In this document: positions 51,440-60,754 of the stretch, in pieces
Numbering within the stretch: position 1 is the stretch's first letter
Layout of the letters: each line of letters starts with the position of its first letter
Assembly: GCA_963810725.1 (NCBI GenBank)
Contig: CAWEOO010000004.1
Coordinates: 1,840-65,839 of the forward strand
DNA from: an uncultured Chloroflexia bacterium
GTDB lineage: Bacteria; Chloroflexota; Limnocylindria; Limnocylindrales; CSP1-4
Length of the DNA: 64,000 nt
Reading direction: 5' to 3'
Notes under the pieces: model-generated
Told to the model about the DNA's origin: nothing
Seen by the model: only the letters and a program-made list of their open reading frames with translations
Database searches by the model: none
Translations under genes and position numbers: made by a program

Positions 51440-52170
51440 GTTCCCTCCCCCGCTTTCCGCATCCGCGAGCCCCACAACGTCGAGGGCAGGCGTTGGTCGA
51501 GTTCGCCCTCGTCTTCCCGATCTTCATGGCCCTGCTCTTCGCCATCATCGTGCTGGGGTTGTACGTCTTCTACAACCAGCAGCTGGAGAACGCCGGCCGA
51601 GAGGCAGCCCGGTATGCGGCGCTGCACAGTTCGACGTCCCAGTGCCCGACCGTCTCGCAGCTCGACCCACGTAACGACATGCGCCCCGCGTCCGGTTCGT
51701 ATTGGCGATGCGACGCACCAGAGAACGGTTGGCCCGAGATGACGGGAAGGGCCCGCGCCAATATCTGGGGCATGGCGCCGAACCAGGTGTCGCTCAGCGC
51801 CTGCTGGTCTGGCTATATCAATCCGATCACCCTGAATCGAGATGAGCTCTCGAAGACGCCGGGCGTAGCCTTCGCTAATTGCACGATCGGTGGCGTTGAT
51901 CCGCGGGTGGATCCGTCCCTTTTGGCCTGCCCAGCACCCGTGACGACCCCATCAGCAGACCCCAACCGCGAGTTCGCCATCGCGGACGGAGACGACACGG
52001 CCAGCAACGTCGCCGTCGCCGCAGGCACTGGGGCCGACACGCACTACGACACGACAGTGACCGTCTACACGTGTTTCAACTGGGTGCCCCCGATGGCCGG
52101 CTTCGTGATGGTCCCAAGCGCGATCACGCTCCGTGCCGTGTTCACTGAAGTCCTGCAGCGTCAGCAATGA
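51430..52170 (+). CDS. TadE-family minor pilin
   Basis: RG|QALVEF, hydrophobic helix, AGREAARYA. Confidence 0.85.
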   Translation: MRLSSLPRFPHPRAPQRRGQALVEFALVFPIFMALLFAIIVLGLYVFYNQQLENAGREAARYAALHSSTSQCPTVSQLDPRNDMRPASGSYWRCDAPENGWPEMTGRARANIWGMAPNQVSLSACWSGYINPITLNRDELSKTPGVAFANCTIGGVDPRVDPSLLACPAPVTTPSADPNREFAIADGDDTASNVAVAAGTGADTHYDTTVTVYTCFNWVPPMAGFVMVPSAITLRAVFTEVLQRQQ

Positions 52171-53684
52171 GGATGTTTTCGATGACGCATCAGCGACCGG
52201 AACGCGGGCAGATCCTGGTGATCTTCGCCGGGGGTGTCGTGACGATCCTCCTGATCGCCGCGCTCGTGATCGATCTGGGTCTCACGTTCATCGTCCGTCG
52301 CACGGAGCAGAACGCGATCGATCCCGGAGCGATCGCCGCGGCCCGATTCATCCACGCGCCGGGCGGGACTCACGGCGACATGGTCGCTGCCGCCTGTTTC
52401 TATGCCCAACACAATGGCTTCTTCGCGAATGCTCCCGGCTACCCGACGAATACGGGTTGCATCCAGGCCAACGATCCGGATGGGACCACGCTCACCGTGA
52501 ACTGGCCGCCAGGGCCCGGCGCGGGCACCTTCGCGGGCGATCCGGACAAGGTCGAGGTCATGATCAGTCGTCCGCATCGGGCGCTGCTGGCCAATGTCAT
52601 CGGCATCGGCCAGATCAAGGTCACCAGCTCCGCCGTCGCGGCGTTTGACGATGGGAACTCGAACTCGAGCTCATTGATCGCGCTCGATCCGGGCGGCTGC
52701 TCCGGTCAGCCCGCCGGATTCATCACGGGCGGCGGAAGCGTCGAGATCACGCCGTCCGCACCCGGCATCGAGGGTGGCTTCGTCCACGTCAATTCGAGCT
52801 GTGGCCTGGGCACCAGCGACGACATCTGCGCGTCGGGCAGCGGTGCGCTCAAGATCAGCGGCGGTCCCAGCAACCTCACGGCCCCGAAGGTCTATGTCGT
52901 GGGTGCCTGCGAGGGCGGACCACTCAATCCGCCCTCGGTGCTCGACGAGGGGAGCGTGATCATCGGCGATCCGCTTGCGGACCTGCCACCGCCCTCGTTC
53001 GGGCCGCCCGGCGCCCATTGTGGTGACCCGCTCGATCCGGCGACCGTTCAAACGACCGCAGCGGGCGCGGAGGGCTGCACGTTCAACGGCAACGGCGTGA
53101 CGTACAACCTGCTCCCGGGCGTGTACTACGGCGGCTGGAAGATCGGTGGAAACGGCGTAACGCTCCACCTCGAGCCCGGCATCTACGTCATCGCCGGGGG
53201 AGGGATCTCGCTCAATGCGTCCGGCACCATCACATCCGTCGAGCTTTCGACCGGAGGTCCCGCGCCCGTGATGTTCTTCAGCACCGACGATCCCGTGTAT
53301 GCGGCCGCCTGCAAGGCGGGTGGCGGTGGCGGCAACCAATGCCAGGACAAGATCAACTTCACGGCGAACTCGGACCTGCTGCTGCAGGGCCTGACCAGCG
53401 GGCCGTACCGGGGGATCCTCATCTGGCAGGACGGGGACGGCAGCGGCGCGACGGCCGGGCCAGACCTCGATGTCAATCTGTCGGGCCAGACGGCCCTCAA
53501 CCTCTCGGGGACCATCTACAACCCGAGGGGTACGGTCACCGTCGACGGTGGCGGGATCGCAAACGGCTACGCCTCGGTCCAGATCATCTCCTGGCGCTGG
53601 AAGGTGGCCGGCTCGGGCACGCTGCACATGCCATACGACCCGAACATGCTCTACCAGTTCATGTACAAAGGCCTCGTCCGCTAG
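52167..53684 (+). CDS. TadG-like large pseudopilin/adhesin
   Basis: RG|QILVIF, IDLG...QNAID..AIAAA, Gly/Cys-rich beta domain with LPGVY and GTIYNP. Confidence 0.8.
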   Translation: MRMFSMTHQRPERGQILVIFAGGVVTILLIAALVIDLGLTFIVRRTEQNAIDPGAIAAARFIHAPGGTHGDMVAAACFYAQHNGFFANAPGYPTNTGCIQANDPDGTTLTVNWPPGPGAGTFAGDPDKVEVMISRPHRALLANVIGIGQIKVTSSAVAAFDDGNSNSSSLIALDPGGCSGQPAGFITGGGSVEITPSAPGIEGGFVHVNSSCGLGTSDDICASGSGALKISGGPSNLTAPKVYVVGACEGGPLNPPSVLDEGSVIIGDPLADLPPPSFGPPGAHCGDPLDPATVQTTAAGAEGCTFNGNGVTYNLLPGVYYGGWKIGGNGVTLHLEPGIYVIAGGGISLNASGTITSVELSTGGPAPVMFFSTDDPVYAAACKAGGGGGNQCQDKINFTANSDLLLQGLTSGPYRGILIWQDGDGSGATAGPDLDVNLSGQTALNLSGTIYNPRGTVTVDGGGIANGYASVQIISWRWKVAGSGTLHMPYDPNMLYQFMYKGLVR

Positions 53685-53777
53685 CGGTATTCGGCCCTCG
53701 AGCGTCCCAAGAGTCCGGGGTGGGCTGGTACGAGCGAGCCTCTCGCACGCGAGCGCCGTGTGCCTGACGATCGGGGC

Positions 53778-54029
53778 ATGAAGCGCCTCATCGCCGGCCC
53801 GCTGTGGTTCATCTCCTTCGCGTTGATGTATGAGCTGCTGTGGTCGTTGACCGGGGTCCCGCGCATGATCGGCCCCGTGATGGCGTCCCTTGTCGGGGTG
53901 ATGGTCTGGGTCGACCCGATGCACTGGTTCTGGCCGGTCACAGCGAACCGCTCGAGCACGGCCGCCTTCCCCAGCGCTCCACGCTTCCGCCAAGTAGCCC
54001 ACACCGCGGACCTGGCCATCGCCGCGTAG
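53778..54029 (+). CDS. Small two-TM membrane protein (paralog of 56489..56707)
   Basis: MKRLIAGPLWF...G.P...P...DP..FWP. Confidence 0.65.
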   Translation: MKRLIAGPLWFISFALMYELLWSLTGVPRMIGPVMASLVGVMVWVDPMHWFWPVTANRSSTAAFPSAPRFRQVAHTADLAIAA

Positions 54030-54133
54030 ACGGCGCCGCCCTCGGGATTGTGCCGGCTCCCCATCTCGCGCACGCCCGCGCCGACGCTCCGGGCAACGTT
54101 CCGTGCGGGTCCATGTCCGGAAAACGACATGCC

Positions 54134-54222
54134 AATGACATTCCCAGTGCAAGGTTGGCAGTAGTACTATCGGCGCCCCGCGGGGGCGGGACCGCGCACG
54201 AGAGTACTCAGGGCACTCGGGG
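54134..54222 (+). promoter_or_regulatory. Tad-cassette promoter/operator, copy 2
   Basis: AATGACATT palindrome starts 31 bp before TACTAT (54165-54170), same spacing as copy 1; GGCACTCGGGG at 54212. Confidence 0.7.
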
Positions 54223-54283
54223 AACCCGGCTGCGCGGACGGGCGAGAGCCGATCGAACATCGTTGGGCCAGCGCGAGTCTGCC

Positions 54284-54731
54284 ATGCGACAGTCGAACTT
54301 CCGGCGCCGCTCTCGGGGCCAGAGCCTCGCGGAGTTCGCCCTCGTCTTTCCGATCCTGATGCTGATCGTCGGCGGGATCATCCAGTTCGGCGTGATCTTC
54401 TGGGGACAGAACACCCTGACCCAGATCGCACGCGACACTGGGCGGTGGGCGGCGACCCAGGTCACGTGTCCCAGCGTTGGAACCGTGATGCCGATCGCGA
54501 ACAGCATCGCCGCCGAGTCATCGTTGATCGGTTATGGGACGGGCTCACCCTGGACGGGGACCAATATCCAGGTGGTCCTGTCCGGCGATCCCTGCCCCGT
54601 GGCTATCGAACGCCGAGGTGGCGTTCGTGACCATCACCCTGAACCACCAGGTCCCGATCTTCTTTCCGTTCGTTCCAGGCAACGGGAACCTGAGCACCTC
54701 GGCGCAATTCCGGATGGAGCCGACGCCATGA
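54284..54731 (+). CDS. TadE-family minor pilin (frameshift near 54600)
   Basis: RG|QSLAEF, ARDTGRWA; C-terminus VTITLNHQVPIFFPFV...STSAQFRME in shifted frame; ATGA overlap with next gene. Confidence 0.8.
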
Positions 54732-56470
54732 CCCCCCTGAGCCGCCGGAACCAGCGGGGCCAGGTCCTGCCCCTGTTCGCCATCCTCCTGATCGGGCTCT
54801 TTGGCGTCGCCGCGCTGGCGATCGATGTCAGCGGCATGTTGGCGGCGAAGCGGGCGTACCGCAGTGCCGCCGACGGTGCGTCCCTCGCCGGCGCGCAGGA
54901 TCTCCAGATCACGGGAACGCGGGCCGTGACTTCCGTCGAGCGCATCAACGCCCGAACGCACGCGCTGGAGGATCTCGTCAGGCAGTACGGCATCGTGGGC
55001 CCCCTTCCGGCGGCGTGCGATACGTCCACTGACACTGACGTCTCCGACGCCTGCGTGCTGCCCGGGACCGATTACCACGTGTCCATCAGGGCAGGCACGA
55101 CCACCGGTCCCGGGGCCATCGCCTGCCAGAACTGCGACCCGGCCCGGTCGGTGCAGGTCAGCCTGCGTAATGCGAAGCACGAATTGTCCTTCGCCCGCCT
55201 GTTCGGCCAGAGCACCTGGAGCGTCGGATCGACGTCGGTGGCTGGCCTCGCCTTCGCGAAGTCGTACACGCTCGTCACCCTGCGGCCACCCAAGGACTCG
55301 GGCGCCACCTTCCTCGTCAACGACATCGTGCTCAACGGTAACGGCACCGTCGTCAACATCAATCAAGGCGATGTGGGCACGAACGCCAACATGGAATACG
55401 CGGGCAGCGGTGCCGTCCTCAATCTCGACTCCGGCTACGGCATGTTCTACTTCGACCCGTACTTCGCCCCGAAGTGGTGGACGGCTCCACCCATCCCGCC
55501 GACGCAGCTGGTGCAGCAGCTGCCGACCCTGATCCCGGATCCGAATTACACGTACCCGGCGATGCGGGGCAGCCTGGGTTCGGCGCCTTGCCCGAGCGGG
55601 CCGGCGAACTGCGCGCCGACGTTCACGAACGCCCGCATCTCCTCGTGTGGCGTTCCGGGTGCCAATCCCGCATGCACGCGCGCGGACCTGGACCCAACGG
55701 GCTGTGGAGCTGAGTACACGTACCTCCAAACGAGCGTGTATACGTTCATGCTCGGGCACCCCCAGGACCGGGTCTACTGCTACCAGCCAGGCACCTACGA
55801 TCCCAGCAGCAATCCGAACAGCATCGACGCCCCGACGGGCGACGTCGTGCTCCTCATGCCCGGCGCCTACGAGTTCAAGAGCCCGTTCGGTGGGCTGAAG
55901 ATCCGCGGTCGACTGCTTGGCGGCTACCGACCGGCTTCAGGCGTGGCGCTCATGTTCGACGAGTGCGCGAACCAGTGCACGTTCGACGGCAATAACGCGG
56001 AGACGATCGCCCTGAACGCCGGGTCGAAGTTCCCACGAGGCACGCTCGGCACGGCCGCCTCGGCCGCGATCGACTGGGACAACCAGCCCGTGGTGACGAG
56101 CGGGCCTGCGTCACCGACACCGGCGATCCTCATGACGCTGCTCGTGGTCAAGGACCCGACGTGCTTCGTCCCGACATCTCCGCCGTTCGTCGAGCCGCCA
56201 GGGTGCGATCCGGGCTCGCCGACGAACTTCACGATCAACATCGGTGGTGGCGGCCAGCTCGACATCGAGGGGGTCCAGTACATGCCCACGGACAACGTGG
56301 CGATCGCGGGTAGCTCGGACGGCAACGGGACGGTGGGACAGATCATCGCCTGGACGGTGACGTACTCCGGCGGCACCACGCTGTATCAGGAAGGTGCCGG
56401 GACCCAGGGACCTGGGACGTTACGTCTTGACGGCGCGTGCACCGCTCCGGGCACACCCTGCAATCCGTGA
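54728..56470 (+). CDS. TadG-like large pseudopilin/adhesin
   Basis: RG|QVLPLF, AIDVS...AADGASLAGA, Cys-rich domain, QPGTY, GVQYMP...GQIIAW. Confidence 0.8.
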   Translation: MTPLSRRNQRGQVLPLFAILLIGLFGVAALAIDVSGMLAAKRAYRSAADGASLAGAQDLQITGTRAVTSVERINARTHALEDLVRQYGIVGPLPAACDTSTDTDVSDACVLPGTDYHVSIRAGTTTGPGAIACQNCDPARSVQVSLRNAKHELSFARLFGQSTWSVGSTSVAGLAFAKSYTLVTLRPPKDSGATFLVNDIVLNGNGTVVNINQGDVGTNANMEYAGSGAVLNLDSGYGMFYFDPYFAPKWWTAPPIPPTQLVQQLPTLIPDPNYTYPAMRGSLGSAPCPSGPANCAPTFTNARISSCGVPGANPACTRADLDPTGCGAEYTYLQTSVYTFMLGHPQDRVYCYQPGTYDPSSNPNSIDAPTGDVVLLMPGAYEFKSPFGGLKIRGRLLGGYRPASGVALMFDECANQCTFDGNNAETIALNAGSKFPRGTLGTAASAAIDWDNQPVVTSGPASPTPAILMTLLVVKDPTCFVPTSPPFVEPPGCDPGSPTNFTINIGGGGQLDIEGVQYMPTDNVAIAGSSDGNGTVGQIIAWTVTYSGGTTLYQEGAGTQGPGTLRLDGACTAPGTPCNP

Positions 56471-56488
56471 CGTGAGGAGCGCGACGGG

Positions 56489-56707
56489 CTAGCCGGCCTC
56501 ACCGAGCGCCGACCGGGAAGCGGCCGATACGGGCTGAGAGGGACGTGGCCAGAACAGCCCTGCCGGGTCGAGCCCGACGAAGGCTGCGACCGAGACGGCG
56601 GTCATGGGCACGAGCCACGAGGGCAACCCGAACACGAAGGCGCCAATCGCAGCAACCATCCAACCGGCCACGAACCAGAGCGGGACCGCGACGACTCGTT
56701 TGAACAT
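56489..56707 (-). CDS. Small two-TM membrane protein (paralog of 53778..54029)
   Basis: MFKRVVAVPLWF...GLP...P...DPAGLFWP. Confidence 0.65.
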   Translation of the reverse strand: MFKRVVAVPLWFVAGWMVAAIGAFVFGLPSWLVPMTAVSVAAFVGLDPAGLFWPRPSQPVSAASRSALGEAG

Positions 56708-56825
56708 GCCTGAACCATGGTCCCGACGCGTCCCCACGGGAATAGCGCGGGCGTACCGGGGGGACGGCTCAAAAGTCATCGACGCGGGCGACCGATCCCT
56801 GGTCCGAGTCCGGGGTGCGAAGGTT

Positions 56826-58377
56826 TCAGGGCGCTTCCCGGTCGTCCGCGTCGGCGTCGGCCGCGGCCGGCTCGTCGGCGGTGCCGGCCAGGTCCGGGTC
56901 CTCGGCGCCCACCGTGGGGCCGCTGTCCCCGCCCTCGTCGACGGCCACCTCGAGCCCCTCGGGGACCGGCCCGAGCGCCTGCGGCGCCTCGTCGTGCTCG
57001 ATGACGACCGTGCCGAGGCCGGCGGTCTCCAGGAGCGGGCCGATCGCGTCGGCGTCACCGACGAGCACGATGGCGGCCTCATCGATCCGGAGATGCTCGC
57101 GGGCCGCGGCGGCGGCCTCTTCGATGCCGACGGCCTCGATCCGGCGGCGGTACTCGATCAGCTCCTCGACCGGCAAGCCGTGGATCGCCAGGCCGGACAG
57201 GGCCGCGGCGACCGCGCCGGGAGTCTCGAACCGGAGCGGGAACACGCCCACGAGGAAATCACGCGCCGCGGCGAGCTCACTGGCCTCGACCGCCGTGTCG
57301 CGCATCCGCTCGAGCTCGGCCAGGGTGTCGATGACGGCCGGAACGGTGACTTCCGTGTTGACGGCGGCCCGCGCGCTGAACGGGCCCGGCACCACGGCGC
57401 ATGTCGAAGCCGGCGCTCGCCCCGTAGGTGTAGCCCTTGGCCTCGCGCAGCTGCATGTTCAGCCGCGAATTGAAGAGCCCACCGAGGATGGCGCTCATGA
57501 CCGAGACCGCGTGGAAATCGGCGATCCGTCGCGGCAGCCCCGGATGGCCGATCCGGATCTCGGTCTGGACCGATCCCGGTCGATGCACGACCCGGATCCG
57601 GCGGGCAGTCGCGGCAGCCGTGTCGACGATCTTGCCGCCGCCGCGCGGCGATTCCGGCGCGGTCCACGCGTCGAGCAGGTCATGCACCATCGCGACCGCG
57701 TCCTGGCCGCCGAGATCGCCCGCCACCACGAGCGTGGCCCGCGAGGGATCGACGGTCCTCGCGTAGGCGCGCCGCAGCACGCCGGCATCGAGCCGCTCGA
57801 CGGTCTCGCGAGTGCCGCCGGACGGCCGGTGGTAGGGCGATTCGGGCGCGTAGATCGTGTCGATGAACGCTTCGTCGGCCCGGCGGCGCGGATCGGCCTG
57901 GGCCTGCAGCAGGTCGTTGAGCCGCTCGTCGCGCAGCCGCTCGACCTCGTCCGGCGGGAACGTCGGCCGGAGCAGGACCTCGGCCAGGAGCTCGAGGGCG
58001 GCGCGCAACCGGGTCGTCGGCACGTCGACGCTGACACTGGTGGCGTCCCAGCCCGCATCGGCGTGGAGCGAGGCGCCCAGCCGCTCGCTCGCCTCGATCA
58101 GGGCGACGGCGTCGTATCGCTCGGTGCCCTCGGTCAGGGCGCGCGCGGCGAGGACCGCGGCCCCGCCCTCGTCCGCGGGCTCGTCGACGGCACCGGTCGG
58201 GATCACCACCGACGCGCTGACCAGCGGCCGGCCGGGCAGGTCGGCGACGAAGACCGTCAGGCCGTTGTCGAGTCGCGCCTGGGCGAGGCTCGGGAACTCG
58301 TACGGCCGCGGGACCCCGGGCGTCGGGCGTTCGGCGACGACGTTCCCGTCGAGCTCGAGGCGGTCCGTGGCGGTCAT
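56826..58377 (-). CDS. M16 peptidase, non-catalytic subunit (frameshifted)
   Basis: LDNGLTV, no HxxEH, LGGLFNSRL..LREAKGYTYG. Confidence 0.85.
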
Positions 58378-59752
58378 GCCGCGACCTCCTCGTCCTGCTC
58401 GGTTTCCGTCTCGGCCTTCTCGTCCGTGTCGCTTTCGACGACACCGGAGTCCGCCGGCGCCATCTCGGGCAGGTACGTCAGGACGAGGCGGTTGTCCGGC
58501 CGGAAGGTCGCGGCCGCGACCTCGAGGATCGCCTCGGGCGTGACCGACAGGTAGCGCCCCAGCATCTCGTTGATGAGGCCCGGATCGTCGAAGAGCGTCG
58601 CGTACATCGACAGCCGGTCGGCGCGTTCCTCGACCCGCTGCAGCGCCCCCAGCTCGTCGGCCTCGACCAGCGCGAAGGCCCGGGCGAGCTCGTCGGCGCT
58701 CACCGGCTCGACGGCGAGTCGTTCGGTCTCCTCGTGCAGGGCGGCCTCCACGCGTTCGACGGTCACGCCCGGCCGGACGGTCGCCCAGCCGGCGATGATC
58801 GATGCCCCGCCGATGAACCCCAGCGTGAACAGGGCCACGTCCTGGGCGATGCGCTCGTCGCGCACGAGGCGCCGGTGCAGCCGGCTGCCCTTGCCGCCGG
58901 CCAGGATCTGGCCGGCGATCTCGAGGGCGTCGAGCCGTCGGTCGCCGTACACCGGCGCGCGAAAGCCGACGTAGATGCGCGGCAACGGCACCCGGTCATG
59001 GACGACCTCGCGGATCTCGGCACCGAGCGTGCGGGGGCAGCGACAGGTCGCCGAGCGGCGGGATCGAGGGGTTGGCCGGGATGGCGCCGAAGTAGCGCTC
59101 GACGCTGCGCCGGACCTCGGGCGTGTCCACGTCGCCCACGACCGAGAGCACGGCGTTGTTCGGCGCGTAGTAGGTCCGGAAGAACTCGCTGACGTCCTCG
59201 ATCGAGGCGGCGTCGAGGTCCTCCATCGAGCCGATCGTCGAGTGGTGGTACGGGTGCTCCGGCGGGTAGAGGTGGGCCTGCAGCTTCTCCTGCCACGTGC
59301 CGTACGGCCGGTTGTCGTAGGACCAGCGCTTCTCGTTCTTCACGACCTCGCGCTGGTTGTCGAGGTTCTCCTGGCTCAGCGCGTCGAGCAGGGTCGCCAT
59401 CCGGTCCGCCTCGAGCCACAGCGCGAGATCGAGCTGGTGGGACGGCAGGGTCTCGAAGTAGTTCGTCCGGTCCAGCCACGTCGTGCCGTTCATCGTGCCG
59501 CCGGCGGCCTGGATGAGCGCGATGTGCTCGGCCTTGCCGACGTGCCTGGAGCCCTGGAACATCACGTGCTCGAACAGGTGCGCGAAGCCGGTCTTGCCGG
59601 GCTGCTCGTGCTTGGAGCCGACGTCGTACCAGACGTTGACCGCGACGACCGGGGCGAGGTGGTCCTCCGCGACGATCAGGCGAAGGCCGTTGGCGAGGCG
59701 CTCATCGCTGATAGGCCGTGGTCGGGATCGGGGTGGTCGGGCTGGTCGGCAC
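58374..59752 (-). CDS. M16 zinc peptidase, catalytic subunit (frameshifted)
   Basis: LANGLR, WYDVGS, GFAHLFEHVMFQGS (HxxEH), REVVKNE, YYAPNNA. Confidence 0.9.
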
Positions 59753-59867
59753 GCGCGGCTCCTGGGACGGGGCGGAGTCGTTGCGGTGGGTCGGCGACTG
59801 GGCCGAGGCGAGTGGGGTCGATCGTACCGCGTCGGATCGGTCCCGGCCGCGGCGCTCGAGTTCGCAG

Positions 59868-60056
59868 CGTGCATCGGGTGCACCTATCGACGAACGGACA
59901 CGTTCTCGTGCCCCGCTCGTGCACTGGGTGCGGCTATCGGCGAACGGACGTGTCGCCAGACCCCGTTCATGCACCTGGTGCACGGGCTGGCCATTGGGGA
60001 CCTGGATCCAGCCTGGTCCGGGCCTCTCCTTCGTCGATACGAGCGTGGGGTGCACG
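59868..60056. repeat. REP-like intergenic array, family C (three direct units at 50-bp period plus one inverted)
   Basis: GTGCAY-N3-GTGCAC-type cores at 59869, 59919, 59969; TATCGRCGAACGGAC follows the first two; inverted copy 60030-60056. Confidence 0.75.
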
Positions 60057-60103
60057 TGGGCCCGCCTACGCAGCGATGAGCCGTGTTCCGTAGACTCATC
60101 GAC

Positions 60104-60754
60104 ATGACTGATCGAATGGCCGGGGCGCGCCTCGTCGCGCTCGTCGCGCTGGCCGCTGCCGCGGCAACCCTGCTCCTCTTCCCATCGATCGTCGCCGCGC
60201 ATGCCGAGCTGCTCGAGGCCACCCCGGCGGACGGGGCCACGGTCGAGGGCACGCCCGCAGAGATCAGCGCGCGGTTCAGCGAGCCGCTGGAGACCGATGG
60301 ATCGACCTTCTCGATCCGCAACGCCGCTGGCGAGCGCCTGGCGGTCGGTCGGATCGATCCGGACGACCGGACCCGCCTGATCATCGACCCCATCCCGGAG
60401 CTCGCTCCCGGTGCGTACGAGATTCGCTGGCGGGCCGCCAGCGCCGACGGCCACGCCGAAAATGACACCTGGACCTTCACGGTCGTGGCCCCGACACCGA
60501 CGAAGTCACTGCCGACGCCGACGCCGTCGGCCGAGCCCTCGATCGGCGGCGACGCCGAGTGCCGAGCCCGGCGCCCAGCGCCACCCCGGACGCGACACCC
60601 GCCTCGAGCCCGTCGGCATCGCCCGGTCCATCGGACCCCGCGGGCTGCCAGCGACGGCGACGTGATCCTGCCGATCATCGCAGCGCTCGCCATCGTCCTC
60701 ATCGCGGCCGGGTTCCTGCTCTCGCGACGCGGCCGACCTTCGGACCGCGTGTGA
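60104..60754 (+). CDS. copC: Membrane-anchored CopC copper-binding protein
   Basis: Signal peptide then HAELLEATPADG, FSEP, WRAASADGH; Pro/Thr linker, C-terminal TM; TAGACT 7 nt before ATG. Confidence 0.85.
   Translation: MTDRMAGARLVALVALAAAAATLLLFPSIVAAHAELLEATPADGATVEGTPAEISARFSEPLETDGSTFSIRNAAGERLAVGRIDPDDRTRLIIDPIPELAPGAYEIRWRAASADGHAENDTWTFTVVAPTPTKSLPTPTPSAEPSIGGDAECRARRPAPPRTRHPPRARRHRPVHRTPRAASDGDVILPIIAALAIVLIAAGFLLSRRGRPSDRV

Noticed and set aside
53840-56470. 876-aa TadE-TadG fusion ORF
   Set aside because: Artefact of a frameshift near 54600; the TadE C-terminus is in another frame ending at 54731 with an ATGA overlap, and the TadG has its own prepilin signal
59868-60056. Periodic repeats as a mini-CRISPR array (also 8475-8830, 12006-12156)
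   Set aside because: Units are degenerate, include inverted copies and partly repeated spacers; no cas genes or AT-rich leader
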